A DNA stretch of 64,000 nucleotides, from positions 1,248,001 to 1,312,000 of the forward strand of contig OY762428.1 in the NCBI GenBank assembly GCA_963665665.1, in the 5' to 3' direction. Both the position numbers and the translations under genes were made by a program. The notes under the pieces were generated by a model. The model was not told the DNA's origin. It saw nothing but the letters and a program-made list of their open reading frames with translations, and did no database searches. Of the stretch, positions 40,207-50,234 are shown piece by piece (the first letter of the stretch is position 1; each line of letters begins with the position of its first letter). Origin of the DNA: Candidatus Kapaibacterium sp. (lineage in GTDB: Bacteria > Bacteroidota > Ignavibacteria > Kapaibacteriales > UBA2268).

Positions 40207-40702
40207 AACAGGCCTTTCCGTTATTAATCAATAGAATTATTTATTATCGAAAATTCAATTCTGATTTATTGTTCTATTCGTCAAGCCTTTGCGGTCATTA
40301 TCCGTGCATCTCGTCTTTTTTAAACTAAAACAGGGGTTGTTCATTCCCCCTACAGCGTATCGCGTCATCAATTCCTAAAAGTCGTCGGAATATAAACCAT
40401 AAGGGCTGTTCAAACAAAATGTATTCTGATATTGTAACCTGACTGTTGGCGGGGCTTTCTTGTTGATTTTTATAAGCTGTAGAAAAAAAATGAAATAGCT
40501 TTGCCAAAATCATTTTTTTGTTGATTTCAATATAGAATTTCTTCTGATTTTCAAGCATTTTCAGCAGGCGATCCATAAATATTCTATCTGATGTTTTTTT
40601 TTGAATTAGTCGCAAACAAAAAAAATAATTTTTTTTGCGACCAATTGCCGTTTGATCGGTTATTACTGTAAACGTCTTTCAAAATTTGTTAGCGGAGTCT
40701 TT

Positions 40703-43264
40703 ATGAAGAGTCTATTATTTGTAGTATTATTTATGAGTTTTATCAGCCTGAATGCGCAGACATTGAATGTGTTATCTGTTGATACTGACAGCTACCCGCT
40801 TATGAAAATTAATTTTACACTATCGGATGCGAACGGATTTATATACGGGGATCTGGACAAGGACGATTTTTCCCTTAAGGTTGATAATATTGTTAACGAT
40901 GATATTTCGATAGAATGTGATTCCGAAAGCTATGGTGAGAATACTTACATTATTTTATCCCTTGATGTTAGTACTTCAATGAATAACTCTATCGGGAACA
41001 ATGAAAATCGCTTTGACTGGGCCAAATATGCTTCAACAAATTTTATTGACCAGGTAGAATTAAGGAATGATTCCAAAATTTATATCAGTACTTTTTCAGA
41101 TGATGTTAAGAATGTAAGCGGATTCCAGGGCAATAAAGATTTTCTTCATGAATTTATTGATACAATAAAGGTAAAGGGGGGAGTAACTAATTATAACCCG
41201 CCATTCCTGAACGATGGTAACGGTGCAATAAGCCTGCTCAGAAATCTTCCCAAAGAATCACGAAAAATTGTTGTTTTCCTGAGCGACGGGAAGCCTGCCT
41301 ATGAATTTATGTCAGATCAGATTGCGCTTCTTGCCAATCAGTATAATATTGAAATTTATACAATTCTTCTTGCCTCGCCGAAATCAGAAGAACTTACGAA
41401 GTTCTCGGAATCAACCGGCGGTGCGCATTATTCCACTTACGACAAAATTGAACTCAATGATATATACTCCAATATTGCCAAAAGAATAAAAGGAGAAAAT
41501 GTCTGTACAATCGAATGGCTTCAGCCATGGGAGTGTTCGCGGGATATAGTGGCAAGGGATATTGATCTTTGCTTTAAAAGGGAGATTATTATCCGGGAAG
41601 TCAACTACGAAATTCCTGAAGAAGCCTATGTTGAATCATCAACGGATAAGGATGAAATAATCTTCGGTACCGATATGTCCATTGGAAAAAAAGAGATCTT
41701 TACCGTTAAAGCCGAAAGTGGAGAGTGTATAATTGATGATTGCCGGATTTTACCGGACGACGGCGCATTTGAACTCCGCCTGATCAATAATAGCTTCCCG
41801 ATTACTTTGAAGGAAGGCAACAGCGTCGACTTTGAAATTGAAATGACGGCAGAACCACAGGAAGAAATATACAAAGTTGATTTCCTTTCTTCTCCATGCC
41901 CGATCAAAAGCATTGATATTTATACAGACTGCAGGGTCGGTGCTTTGGATGAAATCGATCTTGGCAGCAGAATTCATCAAAGCAAAAGAAGTTTTAGCAT
42001 AAATAACGTTATTACAAACAATAATCAATTTGATATATCCGGCAGATTTATAATAATGGGTAAAGATGCCGGTAAATTTTCTATCGGGGGCAGCAATTAT
42101 TTCGAACTAAAGCCGGGGGAATCTCTGGATATCGACCTTGACTTTTTCTCCGACGAAGACGGAATATTCAATGCCGGAATTGAGTTTCAGCTAATCGACG
42201 CTTGCGACGATGTTGTGATACCTCTGTTATTCGAATCCTATAAAGCTTTTGAATGCAATGATATTAACTTTGGAATCAACCCGGGATGCGTAACAAAGGA
42301 TACAACAATTATTTTCTCTGCTCCGGATAAAACTTCGATGACTGTTGAAGATATTGAGCTATACGGATCTTCTGCCAGTTTTTATGCAGTAGATTATGAA
42401 AAGAGAACATATCTCCCGAATGAAAAAATACCTTTGAAAATTTTATTTACACCTCAGCATCACGGTACATATAATACCGATATGAAAATTAATACAGATA
42501 TTGGTTCATCATCCATACATTTATCAGGGAATGCTGAAAGAGCAGAAGTTGCGATTATAAAATTTGAACCCCACGGGAGTTTCGCCTCCGACAATGATAC
42601 ATGGCAGATTGTGCCGGGAATAAGAAACAGCCTGCAAATGAATTTGTCATTACCGGAAAGCGCTGATATTGAATTTGACTCAATTAAAATAATTATTGAT
42701 TATTATGAAAAAATGTTCCTGTTCCTTCCCGAAGATTTCATGATTTCAAATATTGATGATAAGAACACCAACATATATTATCCGGAAAAAGGTAAATGCC
42801 ACATTGTTGTCAGGCCGGTAAAAAATCAAAATATTGAATACAATCTGGCTTTCCTTCCCTTGCTTGCAGATACCACGGGTTCGGCATTGAATGTGTCTGC
42901 TGAATGTTACGGACCGTTTTACTGCGTGGATAATACAAGCACAGGCAGAAATATTTATATGAAAACCTGCAACAGCGAGGGCAGGGTGGTAATTGTAAAC
43001 GCCGACCATAAATTGAAAAACATTTATCCACAGCCTGCCGGTAAATATCTCAACTTTGATCTCTTCCTTGGCAGAAACGATAATGTTAATCTTAAGATAT
43101 TCGATTCTTATTCCAATATTATTAATGAAATAAATTATAAAGAGTTATCTCCGGGCAATCAGCAATTGAAGATAAATACCGGCAGCTATTATTCCGGCTT
43201 GTTCTCTTATGTCCTGACAGTTGGCAGTGCAGTCTTCAAAGGGAGTTTTATTAAAGTGGAATAA
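40703..43264 (+). CDS. Secreted VWA-domain protein with Ig-like domains and T9SS-type C-terminus
   Basis: Signal peptide, DVSTS MIDAS, FLSDG, NIYPQP..SG.FSY..FIKVE. Confidence 0.85.
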   Translation: MKSLLFVVLFMSFISLNAQTLNVLSVDTDSYPLMKINFTLSDANGFIYGDLDKDDFSLKVDNIVNDDISIECDSESYGENTYIILSLDVSTSMNNSIGNNENRFDWAKYASTNFIDQVELRNDSKIYISTFSDDVKNVSGFQGNKDFLHEFIDTIKVKGGVTNYNPPFLNDGNGAISLLRNLPKESRKIVVFLSDGKPAYEFMSDQIALLANQYNIEIYTILLASPKSEELTKFSESTGGAHYSTYDKIELNDIYSNIAKRIKGENVCTIEWLQPWECSRDIVARDIDLCFKREIIIREVNYEIPEEAYVESSTDKDEIIFGTDMSIGKKEIFTVKAESGECIIDDCRILPDDGAFELRLINNSFPITLKEGNSVDFEIEMTAEPQEEIYKVDFLSSPCPIKSIDIYTDCRVGALDEIDLGSRIHQSKRSFSINNVITNNNQFDISGRFIIMGKDAGKFSIGGSNYFELKPGESLDIDLDFFSDEDGIFNAGIEFQLIDACDDVVIPLLFESYKAFECNDINFGINPGCVTKDTTIIFSAPDKTSMTVEDIELYGSSASFYAVDYEKRTYLPNEKIPLKILFTPQHHGTYNTDMKINTDIGSSSIHLSGNAERAEVAIIKFEPHGSFASDNDTWQIVPGIRNSLQMNLSLPESADIEFDSIKIIIDYYEKMFLFLPEDFMISNIDDKNTNIYYPEKGKCHIVVRPVKNQNIEYNLAFLPLLADTTGSALNVSAECYGPFYCVDNTSTGRNIYMKTCNSEGRVVIVNADHKLKNIYPQPAGKYLNFDLFLGRNDNVNLKIFDSYSNIINEINYKELSPGNQQLKINTGSYYSGLFSYVLTVGSAVFKGSFIKVE

Positions 43265-43281
43265 TATTCTAAGCTCTGAAA

Positions 43282-45298
43282 GGTATAGATACCCAACATC
43301 CCCGGGGTGTTGGACATCTATACCATACAGTCTGTCTTTCTGCCTCATTCCCAAGCCCCGCCTGGGAAGGATGGAAATAATTCCCCTCCCTTGGAGGGGT
43401 GTCCGAAGGACGGGGGTGGACTTCCGGAAAAATTCCCCTCGTTGAGGGGTGGCGAGCGCAGCGAGACGGGGTGGTTTCTTTTTCTTTGCCTTCGCACCTT
43501 GCACATTTATCCACGCGCTAAAGCACCTGGCTATTGAATTTGACGATTATAAGGCTGGAATGTCATTCTGAGCGCCAGCGAAGAATCCATTCTTAATGCA
43601 TTCTCCCTCATTAAGAAGTTGTACTTCGTAATGCAGTTTTCAATTGATGCTGAGCTTCTCTATTTCAAAGTAGAACTTTGCAAGAAATATTCCTTCCCAA
43701 GTACAACTTGGGAAGGAGGGAATCAGCTACTAAGAAAGATGGATTCTTCGGTTGCTTCGCTCCGTCAAAATGACAACATAATACTTCCTTCTCCGGCCCT
43801 CTCCCCCCGTTCTTCCACCCCAATGAACCAACCGCCGGACTTAATTCCCCATCCTGTGGTATCAATGAATCGAATAATTTCCTTAATTCAATGCTGTTTT
43901 TAATCAAAACCCTGATGTTGGGGCTAATCGCTTTGTTTTCTGGGCTTTATACCGCCTTGGCCGGTGGTATTGAACTACTGTTTGGCCTCATTGAGGACTT
44001 GTTTAGCCTTATTGAGGTCTTGTTTAGCCTTATTGAGGTCTTGTTTGGCCTTATTGAGGTCTTGTTTGGCCTTACTGAGGACTTGGTTGACTTTACTGAG
44101 GACTTGGTTGACTTTACTGAGGACTTGGTTGATCTTACTGAGGACTTGTTTGACCTTATTGAGGACTTGTTTGACTTTACTGAGGTCTTGTTTGACTTTA
44201 CTGAGGACTTGTTTAGCCTTATTGAGGACTTGTTTGACCTTATTGAGGTTACTCATTATCTTCAAACAAGGCAGCAATAACTCCAAACAAGGCATCAATG
44301 ACTTCAACCAAGGCGGCAATGACTTCGACCAAGGCATCAATAACTTCAACCAAGGCGTCAATGACATCGACCAAGGCATCAATAACTCCGACCAAGGCAT
44401 CAATGACTCCGACCAAGGCATCAATGACTCCGACCAAGGCATCAATGACTTCGACCAAGGCAGCAATAACTTCGAACAAAGCATCAATAGCTTCAAACAA
44501 GGCAGCAATGACTTAGAACATCGGTGTTTTACTTCGGCACAAGGTTGCAATGACTTAGAACATCGGTGTTTTACTTCGGCACAAGGCAGCAATGACTTAG
44601 AACAACGGTGCTTTACTTCGGCACAAGGCAGCAATGGCTTAGAACATCGGTGTTTTACTTCGGCACAAGGCGGCAATGGCTTAGAACATCGGTGCTTTAC
44701 TTCGGCACAAGGCGGCAATGGCTTAGAACATCGGTGCTTTACTTCGGCACAAGGCGTCAATGACTTAGAACATCGGTGCTTTACTTCGGCACAAGACGGC
44801 AATGACTTAGTACATCGGTGTTTTACTTCGGCACAAGGCGGCAATGGCTTAGAACATCGGTGCATTGCATTCGACACTTCCTACCTCCCCCCGCCCCCCT
44901 CCTTCAAAAGGAGGGGGAGTTAATTCTATGATATTTAACTTCTTATCCCCTCCTAAAGTAGGAGGGGAATACAGGGGTGGTTTTCTTGCTTTGATTTGGA
45001 AAAAGGCGGCAATAATTTCAAACATCTATGCAATTCCTCTGACCCCTCCCAAACACACGCGGTGTGAAACCCTCCCCCAAGGAGAGGGCTTTGAAGAAGA
45101 ATAAGGCAAAAATAGAATAGAACATCGGTACTTTGCTTTCAAACATCGGTGGATTGCTTCTGACCAGGATGTTTTTAAGATTAACAAGGCCGTCAATTAG
45201 GCCAGGTAATGCTGTATAAAGGTTTGCCATCAGGATTATGATGCCAAACATCCCTGATAATAAAAACTCATCCGATGGCTTAAGGCCACCGGATGAGT
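43282..45298. mobile_element. Composite foldback repeat island, copy 3 (inverted relative to copy 2)
   Basis: 144-bp block 43806-43949, right-type array 43975-44247 (13 units), dyad 44242-44257, left-type array about 44258-44497, 42-bp repeat 44498-44863, hairpin modules to 45090. Confidence 0.8.
44498..44863. repeat. 42-bp higher-order repeat (two different 21-mers), 8 full + 1 partial units
   Basis: CAAGGCAGCAATGACTTAGAA-CATCGGTGTTTTACTTCGGCA. Confidence 0.95.
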
Positions 45299-45409
45299 AA
45301 TTAAAGCTAAAGAATGAGTTACTAATACCGCCGGATGAAACTGCAAGGCGGGGGAGTGAATCAGATTGGCAAATAAAAAAATTAAGAAAGATCGCCAGTT
45401 GATTCAAAA

Positions 45410-46453
45410 CTATTGCGGAAAGAAAGTAACAACGTCAGAAGGAATTTCTTTCGCCCATATTCTTGAAGCAGTACTCTGGTTAGCGCGAATCAGTGTTTTT
45501 ACATCTCCTTCATTCCTGATCATCATTATTTCCTTGTTTCTGCCGTGATATTGTAATCCGGTATATTCATAGCGGCTTACAAATTTAACAAGATCTTTGT
45601 ATCTTAAATCGATTTTGAACAATACGTCCTGGGTTGCTATGAATGCCCAGTCGGTTTCCGATATTGTCATATCAATGGGAATTCTTGTTTCAGCTTCGGC
45701 CCCGGCAATTCCAAGAGGAATATTATGGGCGATTTCTGCATCAGCAACAGAAATAAACTGAACGTAGGCAGAGCTGGCAGGCAGGTTGTCGAATTTTCCC
45801 TGCCCGGCGCTGATAACAACTATGGTCTGGTTGTCATGTGATGCCTCTATAAGTACCGGGTCGGGATTAACCACCAAAGTTTTCGTTACCCGATTCAGTC
45901 TGCTGTCAATAATAGAAACAGTATTGTCTTCTAAGTTTGCCGTGTAAACCTGATTTCCCGAGCCTGCAATAGCAACAGGTTTGCGCCCGACGGGAATAGT
46001 TTCGTCAGCAAGTTTCAGGTTTTTAGTATCGAAAACGCTGACCACGGAATCCTCACCGTGAGCAATATATGCTGTAGTGGCATTAACAAAGCAAATATCA
46101 AAGGGTTTTAACATATTTGCAGAGTAATCAATGGTTGCAATATGCTTGTAATTCAGGTCGCTGATAATTTCAATTTTATATGCATCGGGCATCAGAAGAT
46201 ATAACTGGCTGTTGTTTTTCAGGATTTTGGTTACTTTTCCGGGCAAAGTCTCGCCATTGGCAGTTTGATAAATATCCTGATCGCTTATGCTTCCCGAGGG
46301 CATATTCATAAGCGAGAGTACCGACATATTGCTGCCCCTTGCCAGCAGAGCTTTCCATGCTTCGCCTTCGGGCCCGATTACCTTTTCATCGTCGTTGCAT
46401 GAAGCAAGTACAAGCAATGATGCGACAAAAAATATGACAAGTAAATTTTTCAT
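45410..46453 (-). CDS. YncE-family beta-propeller lipoprotein
   Basis: Lipobox LASC, TIPVGRKP, YTAN..DNTVSIID. Confidence 0.8.
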   Translation of the reverse strand: MKNLLVIFFVASLLVLASCNDDEKVIGPEGEAWKALLARGSNMSVLSLMNMPSGSISDQDIYQTANGETLPGKVTKILKNNSQLYLLMPDAYKIEIISDLNYKHIATIDYSANMLKPFDICFVNATTAYIAHGEDSVVSVFDTKNLKLADETIPVGRKPVAIAGSGNQVYTANLEDNTVSIIDSRLNRVTKTLVVNPDPVLIEASHDNQTIVVISAGQGKFDNLPASSAYVQFISVADAEIAHNIPLGIAGAEAETRIPIDMTISETDWAFIATQDVLFKIDLRYKDLVKFVSRYEYTGLQYHGRNKEIMMIRNEGDVKTLIRANQSTASRIWAKEIPSDVVTFFPQ

Positions 46454-46483
46454 AATAATTTTCTCCGAGATAAATTTCAAAAT

Positions 46484-47317
46484 TTATAGTTTCCTGATAA
46501 CATTTCTGATTATTGCATTCATTTTCGGTTCGGCAGTTTTTGCAGCAGCCATAACTTTTTCAAGTGTAACCACTTCAACACCAACAGGAAATCCCACGTC
46601 CGTGATAACCGAAAGGCCGAGGCATTTCATGTTCATGTGGTTGGCAACAATAACTTCCGGTACAGTACTCATACCAACAACATCGGCACCAATTATGTTG
46701 AGCATCCTGTATTCTGCCCTTGTTTCAAGGCTTGGGCCGGAAAGAGCGGCATAAACGCCTTTATGAATTTTTATATTGTTTTCGAGCGCGGCCTGTTCCG
46801 CCAATTCTATCAATTCCTGCGAATAGGGTTCGGACATATCGGGGAATCTCAATCCTATCGAATCATCATTCGGGCCGATCAGCGGATTGGTGCCAAGCAG
46901 GTTAATATGGTCATCTATTATCATAACCGAACCAGCAAGCATATAATTATTCACCGAACCACAGGCATTGGAAACGATCATAGTTTCGATGCCAAGAGCT
47001 TTCATCACCCTGATGGGGAAGGTGATCTGCTGCATGGAATATCCTTCGTAAAAATGGAAGCGCCCCTGCATTGCCATTACGTTTTTTCCGCCAAGCTTTC
47101 CGAATATCAACCTGCCTGCATGGCCTTCCACCGTTGAAACAACAAAGTTGGGAATTTCATAATAATCAATTACCTGTTCTTTTTCAATATCATCGGCAAG
47201 TCCTCCAAGCCCTGTTCCAAGGATTATTCCAATTTCCGGCTTTTCCGAAATAATATTCTCAATAAATTCTGCCGATTCTTTCATTTTTTGTTTTAATTCA
47301 CTAATATTGCTGTTCAT
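46484..47317 (-). CDS. punA: Purine-nucleoside phosphorylase (trimeric type)
   Basis: ILGTGLG, STVEGHAG, QGRFHFYEG, GPSLET.AE, VGMSTVPE. Confidence 0.93.
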   Translation of the reverse strand: MNSNISELKQKMKESAEFIENIISEKPEIGIILGTGLGGLADDIEKEQVIDYYEIPNFVVSTVEGHAGRLIFGKLGGKNVMAMQGRFHFYEGYSMQQITFPIRVMKALGIETMIVSNACGSVNNYMLAGSVMIIDDHINLLGTNPLIGPNDDSIGLRFPDMSEPYSQELIELAEQAALENNIKIHKGVYAALSGPSLETRAEYRMLNIIGADVVGMSTVPEVIVANHMNMKCLGLSVITDVGFPVGVEVVTLEKVMAAAKTAEPKMNAIIRNVIRKL

Positions 47318-47326
47318 TCCTATCCT

Positions 47327-48052
47327 TTACTTATTATAATTTCTTTGCCCGAAAATTGCAGTGCCAACCCTTACTATAGTTGCGCCTTCTTCGATTGCAT
47401 GCTCATAGTCATGAGTCATTCCCATCGAAAGATGTTCGAATATTTCATTGCCGTGCTTATCGGCGAGTTGGTTCCTAAGTTTTTTCATCAGCCTGAATTC
47501 GGCCCTGTAAACGTCTTCATCGTAGGAGAAAGAACCAATGGTCATCAGCCCGCGAATTTTCAGATTTTCCATTTCCAGAGTTTCTTTGGCTATATCAAAC
47601 ACATCATCGGGCTCACAACCGGATTTAGAATCTTCGCCCGAACTGTTTACCTGCAGCAGAATATCGATTGTTCTGTCATGCTTTGCGGCCTGCTTGTTAA
47701 TTTCTTTGGCCAGCTTAACGGAATCAACCGAATGTATCATTGCCGCGACGGGTGCAACATATTTTACTTTGTTGGATTGCAAATGGCCGATATAATGCCA
47801 TTCCGGAATTTCGATATTGTTTTCTGTGGCATACTTGCTTTTGTCCCTTAGCTCCTGGGCATAGTTTTCGCCAAAATATCTGATTCCGGCTGCCAGGCCT
47901 GCTTCAACATATTCGAAGGGATGCGTTTTAGAGACGGCAATAATTTTAATTTCTTCCGGTTTACGTCCGCAACCTATGGCTGCTTTTCTTGCATTTTCCT
48001 GAACTTCTTTCCAATTCTCACCGAACTGTTCTGCTAATTCCATATTTATCAA
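47327..48052 (-). CDS. yggS: PLP homeostasis protein YggS
   Basis: AVSKT, FGENYAQE, WHYIGHLQSNK, LSMGM, VRVGTAIFG. Confidence 0.94.
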   Translation of the reverse strand: MINMELAEQFGENWKEVQENARKAAIGCGRKPEEIKIIAVSKTHPFEYVEAGLAAGIRYFGENYAQELRDKSKYATENNIEIPEWHYIGHLQSNKVKYVAPVAAMIHSVDSVKLAKEINKQAAKHDRTIDILLQVNSSGEDSKSGCEPDDVFDIAKETLEMENLKIRGLMTIGSFSYDEDVYRAEFRLMKKLRNQLADKHGNEIFEHLSMGMTHDYEHAIEEGATIVRVGTAIFGQRNYNK

Positions 48053-48138
48053 TTTATTTTACCATCTGTTTATTCAACATTCTGAATTTAGTAATATGCA
48101 AATTAATCTCTTTTTGCTGAATATTGCAAATCAGGATA

Positions 48139-50091
48139 TCAACGTATAATTACTAAGGGCATTCTTCTGGCACATTTGTAATTATCTATTACAATGTTGT
48201 AAAGGCCCGGTGATAGTCCGGAAACATCTAATCTGCTGTTTTCCATAATTGTCTCCATCAGCATATACCCCTGAATATCAAAAATCGTTAACCTGGCCCC
48301 GGATAAATTCTCTCCGCCTATATTAATAACATCTGCGGCAGGATTAGGATACAGGAAAATATTATTTTTCTTCAGGTCTTGAATTCCGCTGATACTTTCG
48401 GTTTTCATCAAAGTCCTTAATGTAGGCCCCTGGTTTATCGTAACATTAATAAATTTGGCGAGAGAATCAAAAGTAAATTCCTGCTGTACTTCATTCATCC
48501 TTACTATTCTGTATTCAGTTCTTCCCATGTTGTTCTTGAAACCGAATTCCAAAGGTATTCCAAGATAGGCCCCATAGCTTTTGGGTTGTACCTGTTTGGC
48601 TTTTATCCTGACTTTGCTTTCGCTTTCTTTAATCAATTCGAAAGTCAGCACAGGCCAGCCACGCCCGTAAACCCATTGATCAAAGAATGTACTAAGGTCC
48701 TTGCCGCTGAAATTCTCCATAGTGGTTTGAAGGCCCTTGGTTGTTACATTCCCGTAGGCAAAATCATTAAGATACTTTCTTACAGCACCGAAAAACAAAC
48801 TGTCGCCAAGTTCATATCTGAGCATTGCCAGCACCGAAGCCCCCTTATGATATATAGTATATGGGTAGTTTGATGAAGGCTCCTCACGCGGAAAATCATA
48901 AAGGGGAAACACATGTTCATCTACGGCATTAGTATAAAGGTACTCGTTCATCGTTTTTTCAACATAGTTCAGATACCCGGTATAGCCCCATTGGGCTTCG
49001 GCCCATATTGCTTCGCTGAATACGGCAAAGCCTTCGTTCAGCCATGTATCGCGGAAGTCATAAGGGCTTACCATATCGCCGAACCACTGGTGGGAAAGTT
49101 CATGAGCAACGGTCATATTCATATCATCATTGCTCGAATATAAATATCTTAGATAGTTGGATGAAAAGGATATCATAGTCTGATGCTCCATTGCTCCCCT
49201 GGCTGTATTGCAGTAACCAATTTTTTCGAAAGGGTAAGGCCCGAATCTTTCTTCGTAGGCAGCAGCCATATCCTTAACGTGTGAATAAACGAACTTGCTT
49301 GCTGTTGTGTCGTCAGGAAGCGAATATAATTCTATTGGCAGCCCGTTGTAATCATCTTCGATCAGTGCATAAGGGCCGGCAGCAAAAGTCAGAAGGTATG
49401 TGGCCGTGGGGTAATCATGCGTCCATTCATAAGTATCGGTTCCGTTGTCGAAATTAATTACGTTAACAACTCCGTTGGAAGCAACTTTATTCCCAACCGG
49501 GACGTTGAATTTTGCATGAAACCTTGCCTTGTCCGAGGGAACATCATAGCAAGGCAGCCAGTGCCTAGTAGTTGATACATATCCATTGCTGAAGCCAACT
49601 CCGAGTGCATAAAGAATTCCTTCCTGATAGCGTACACCGCCCCAGTGGAAATCAGCCTCGTCGGTCATTTTACCATGATAATATACTGAAAGTATAGCTG
49701 TGTCTCCCGTTTTTGCTTCGTAAGGAGCCTGTACGTAATAAAAAAAATCATCATCCTCAGGCCGACCGTTCACAAAATAAACAGATCCTTCATCATTGTA
49801 TTTAACTGAATCAATTGTTAAATCCCTTAGATGAATAAAAACAGCCTTGTTCCGCGGGTTTTCTGTCCATGTTAAGTGGATATGATTAACAGCAGTGATC
49901 TCGACTGATTCAAGGTCGGAAAATTTAATATCGGCATCATAAAGAAGTATATCATAAGGCTGTGGAAAATATTCAGTGGCAGTGGATATTTTATTTTCTA
50001 TCGCATGTATATCAATAACGTAAAGAAAGAAAAAAATAATAATTGAAATTCGACAAAATGTTCCCATTGCATCAGCTCCGTTTTTCATCAA
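48139..50091 (-). CDS. M1 aminopeptidase with T9SS C-terminal domain
   Basis: GAMEH, HELSHQWFG..WLNEGF, YPNP..PGLY; start may be the Met at 50067. Confidence 0.9.
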   Translation of the reverse strand: MMKNGADAMGTFCRISIIIFFFLYVIDIHAIENKISTATEYFPQPYDILLYDADIKFSDLESVEITAVNHIHLTWTENPRNKAVFIHLRDLTIDSVKYNDEGSVYFVNGRPEDDDFFYYVQAPYEAKTGDTAILSVYYHGKMTDEADFHWGGVRYQEGILYALGVGFSNGYVSTTRHWLPCYDVPSDKARFHAKFNVPVGNKVASNGVVNVINFDNGTDTYEWTHDYPTATYLLTFAAGPYALIEDDYNGLPIELYSLPDDTTASKFVYSHVKDMAAAYEERFGPYPFEKIGYCNTARGAMEHQTMISFSSNYLRYLYSSNDDMNMTVAHELSHQWFGDMVSPYDFRDTWLNEGFAVFSEAIWAEAQWGYTGYLNYVEKTMNEYLYTNAVDEHVFPLYDFPREEPSSNYPYTIYHKGASVLAMLRYELGDSLFFGAVRKYLNDFAYGNVTTKGLQTTMENFSGKDLSTFFDQWVYGRGWPVLTFELIKESESKVRIKAKQVQPKSYGAYLGIPLEFGFKNNMGRTEYRIVRMNEVQQEFTFDSLAKFINVTINQGPTLRTLMKTESISGIQDLKKNNIFLYPNPAADVINIGGENLSGARLTIFDIQGYMLMETIMENSRLDVSGLSPGLYNIVIDNYKCARRMPLVIIR

Positions 50092-50234
50092 TTGTTAAAG
50101 AAGATATAATCTAAAAACTTTATTCTAAACTGACAAATAATTTAATTTTTTTTCTTGCTTATTGCCTTTTTTTATTCTATTTTAAATCAAAGTATTGAAG
50201 TTTTTAGCGATTAATTAATTTTCTCGGAGGTTAA

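Noticed and set aside
40270-40310. c-di-GMP-I riboswitch (GACCGCAAAGGC on - strand)
   Set aside because: The GGCAAAC and tetraloop/receptor elements of the consensus are absent.
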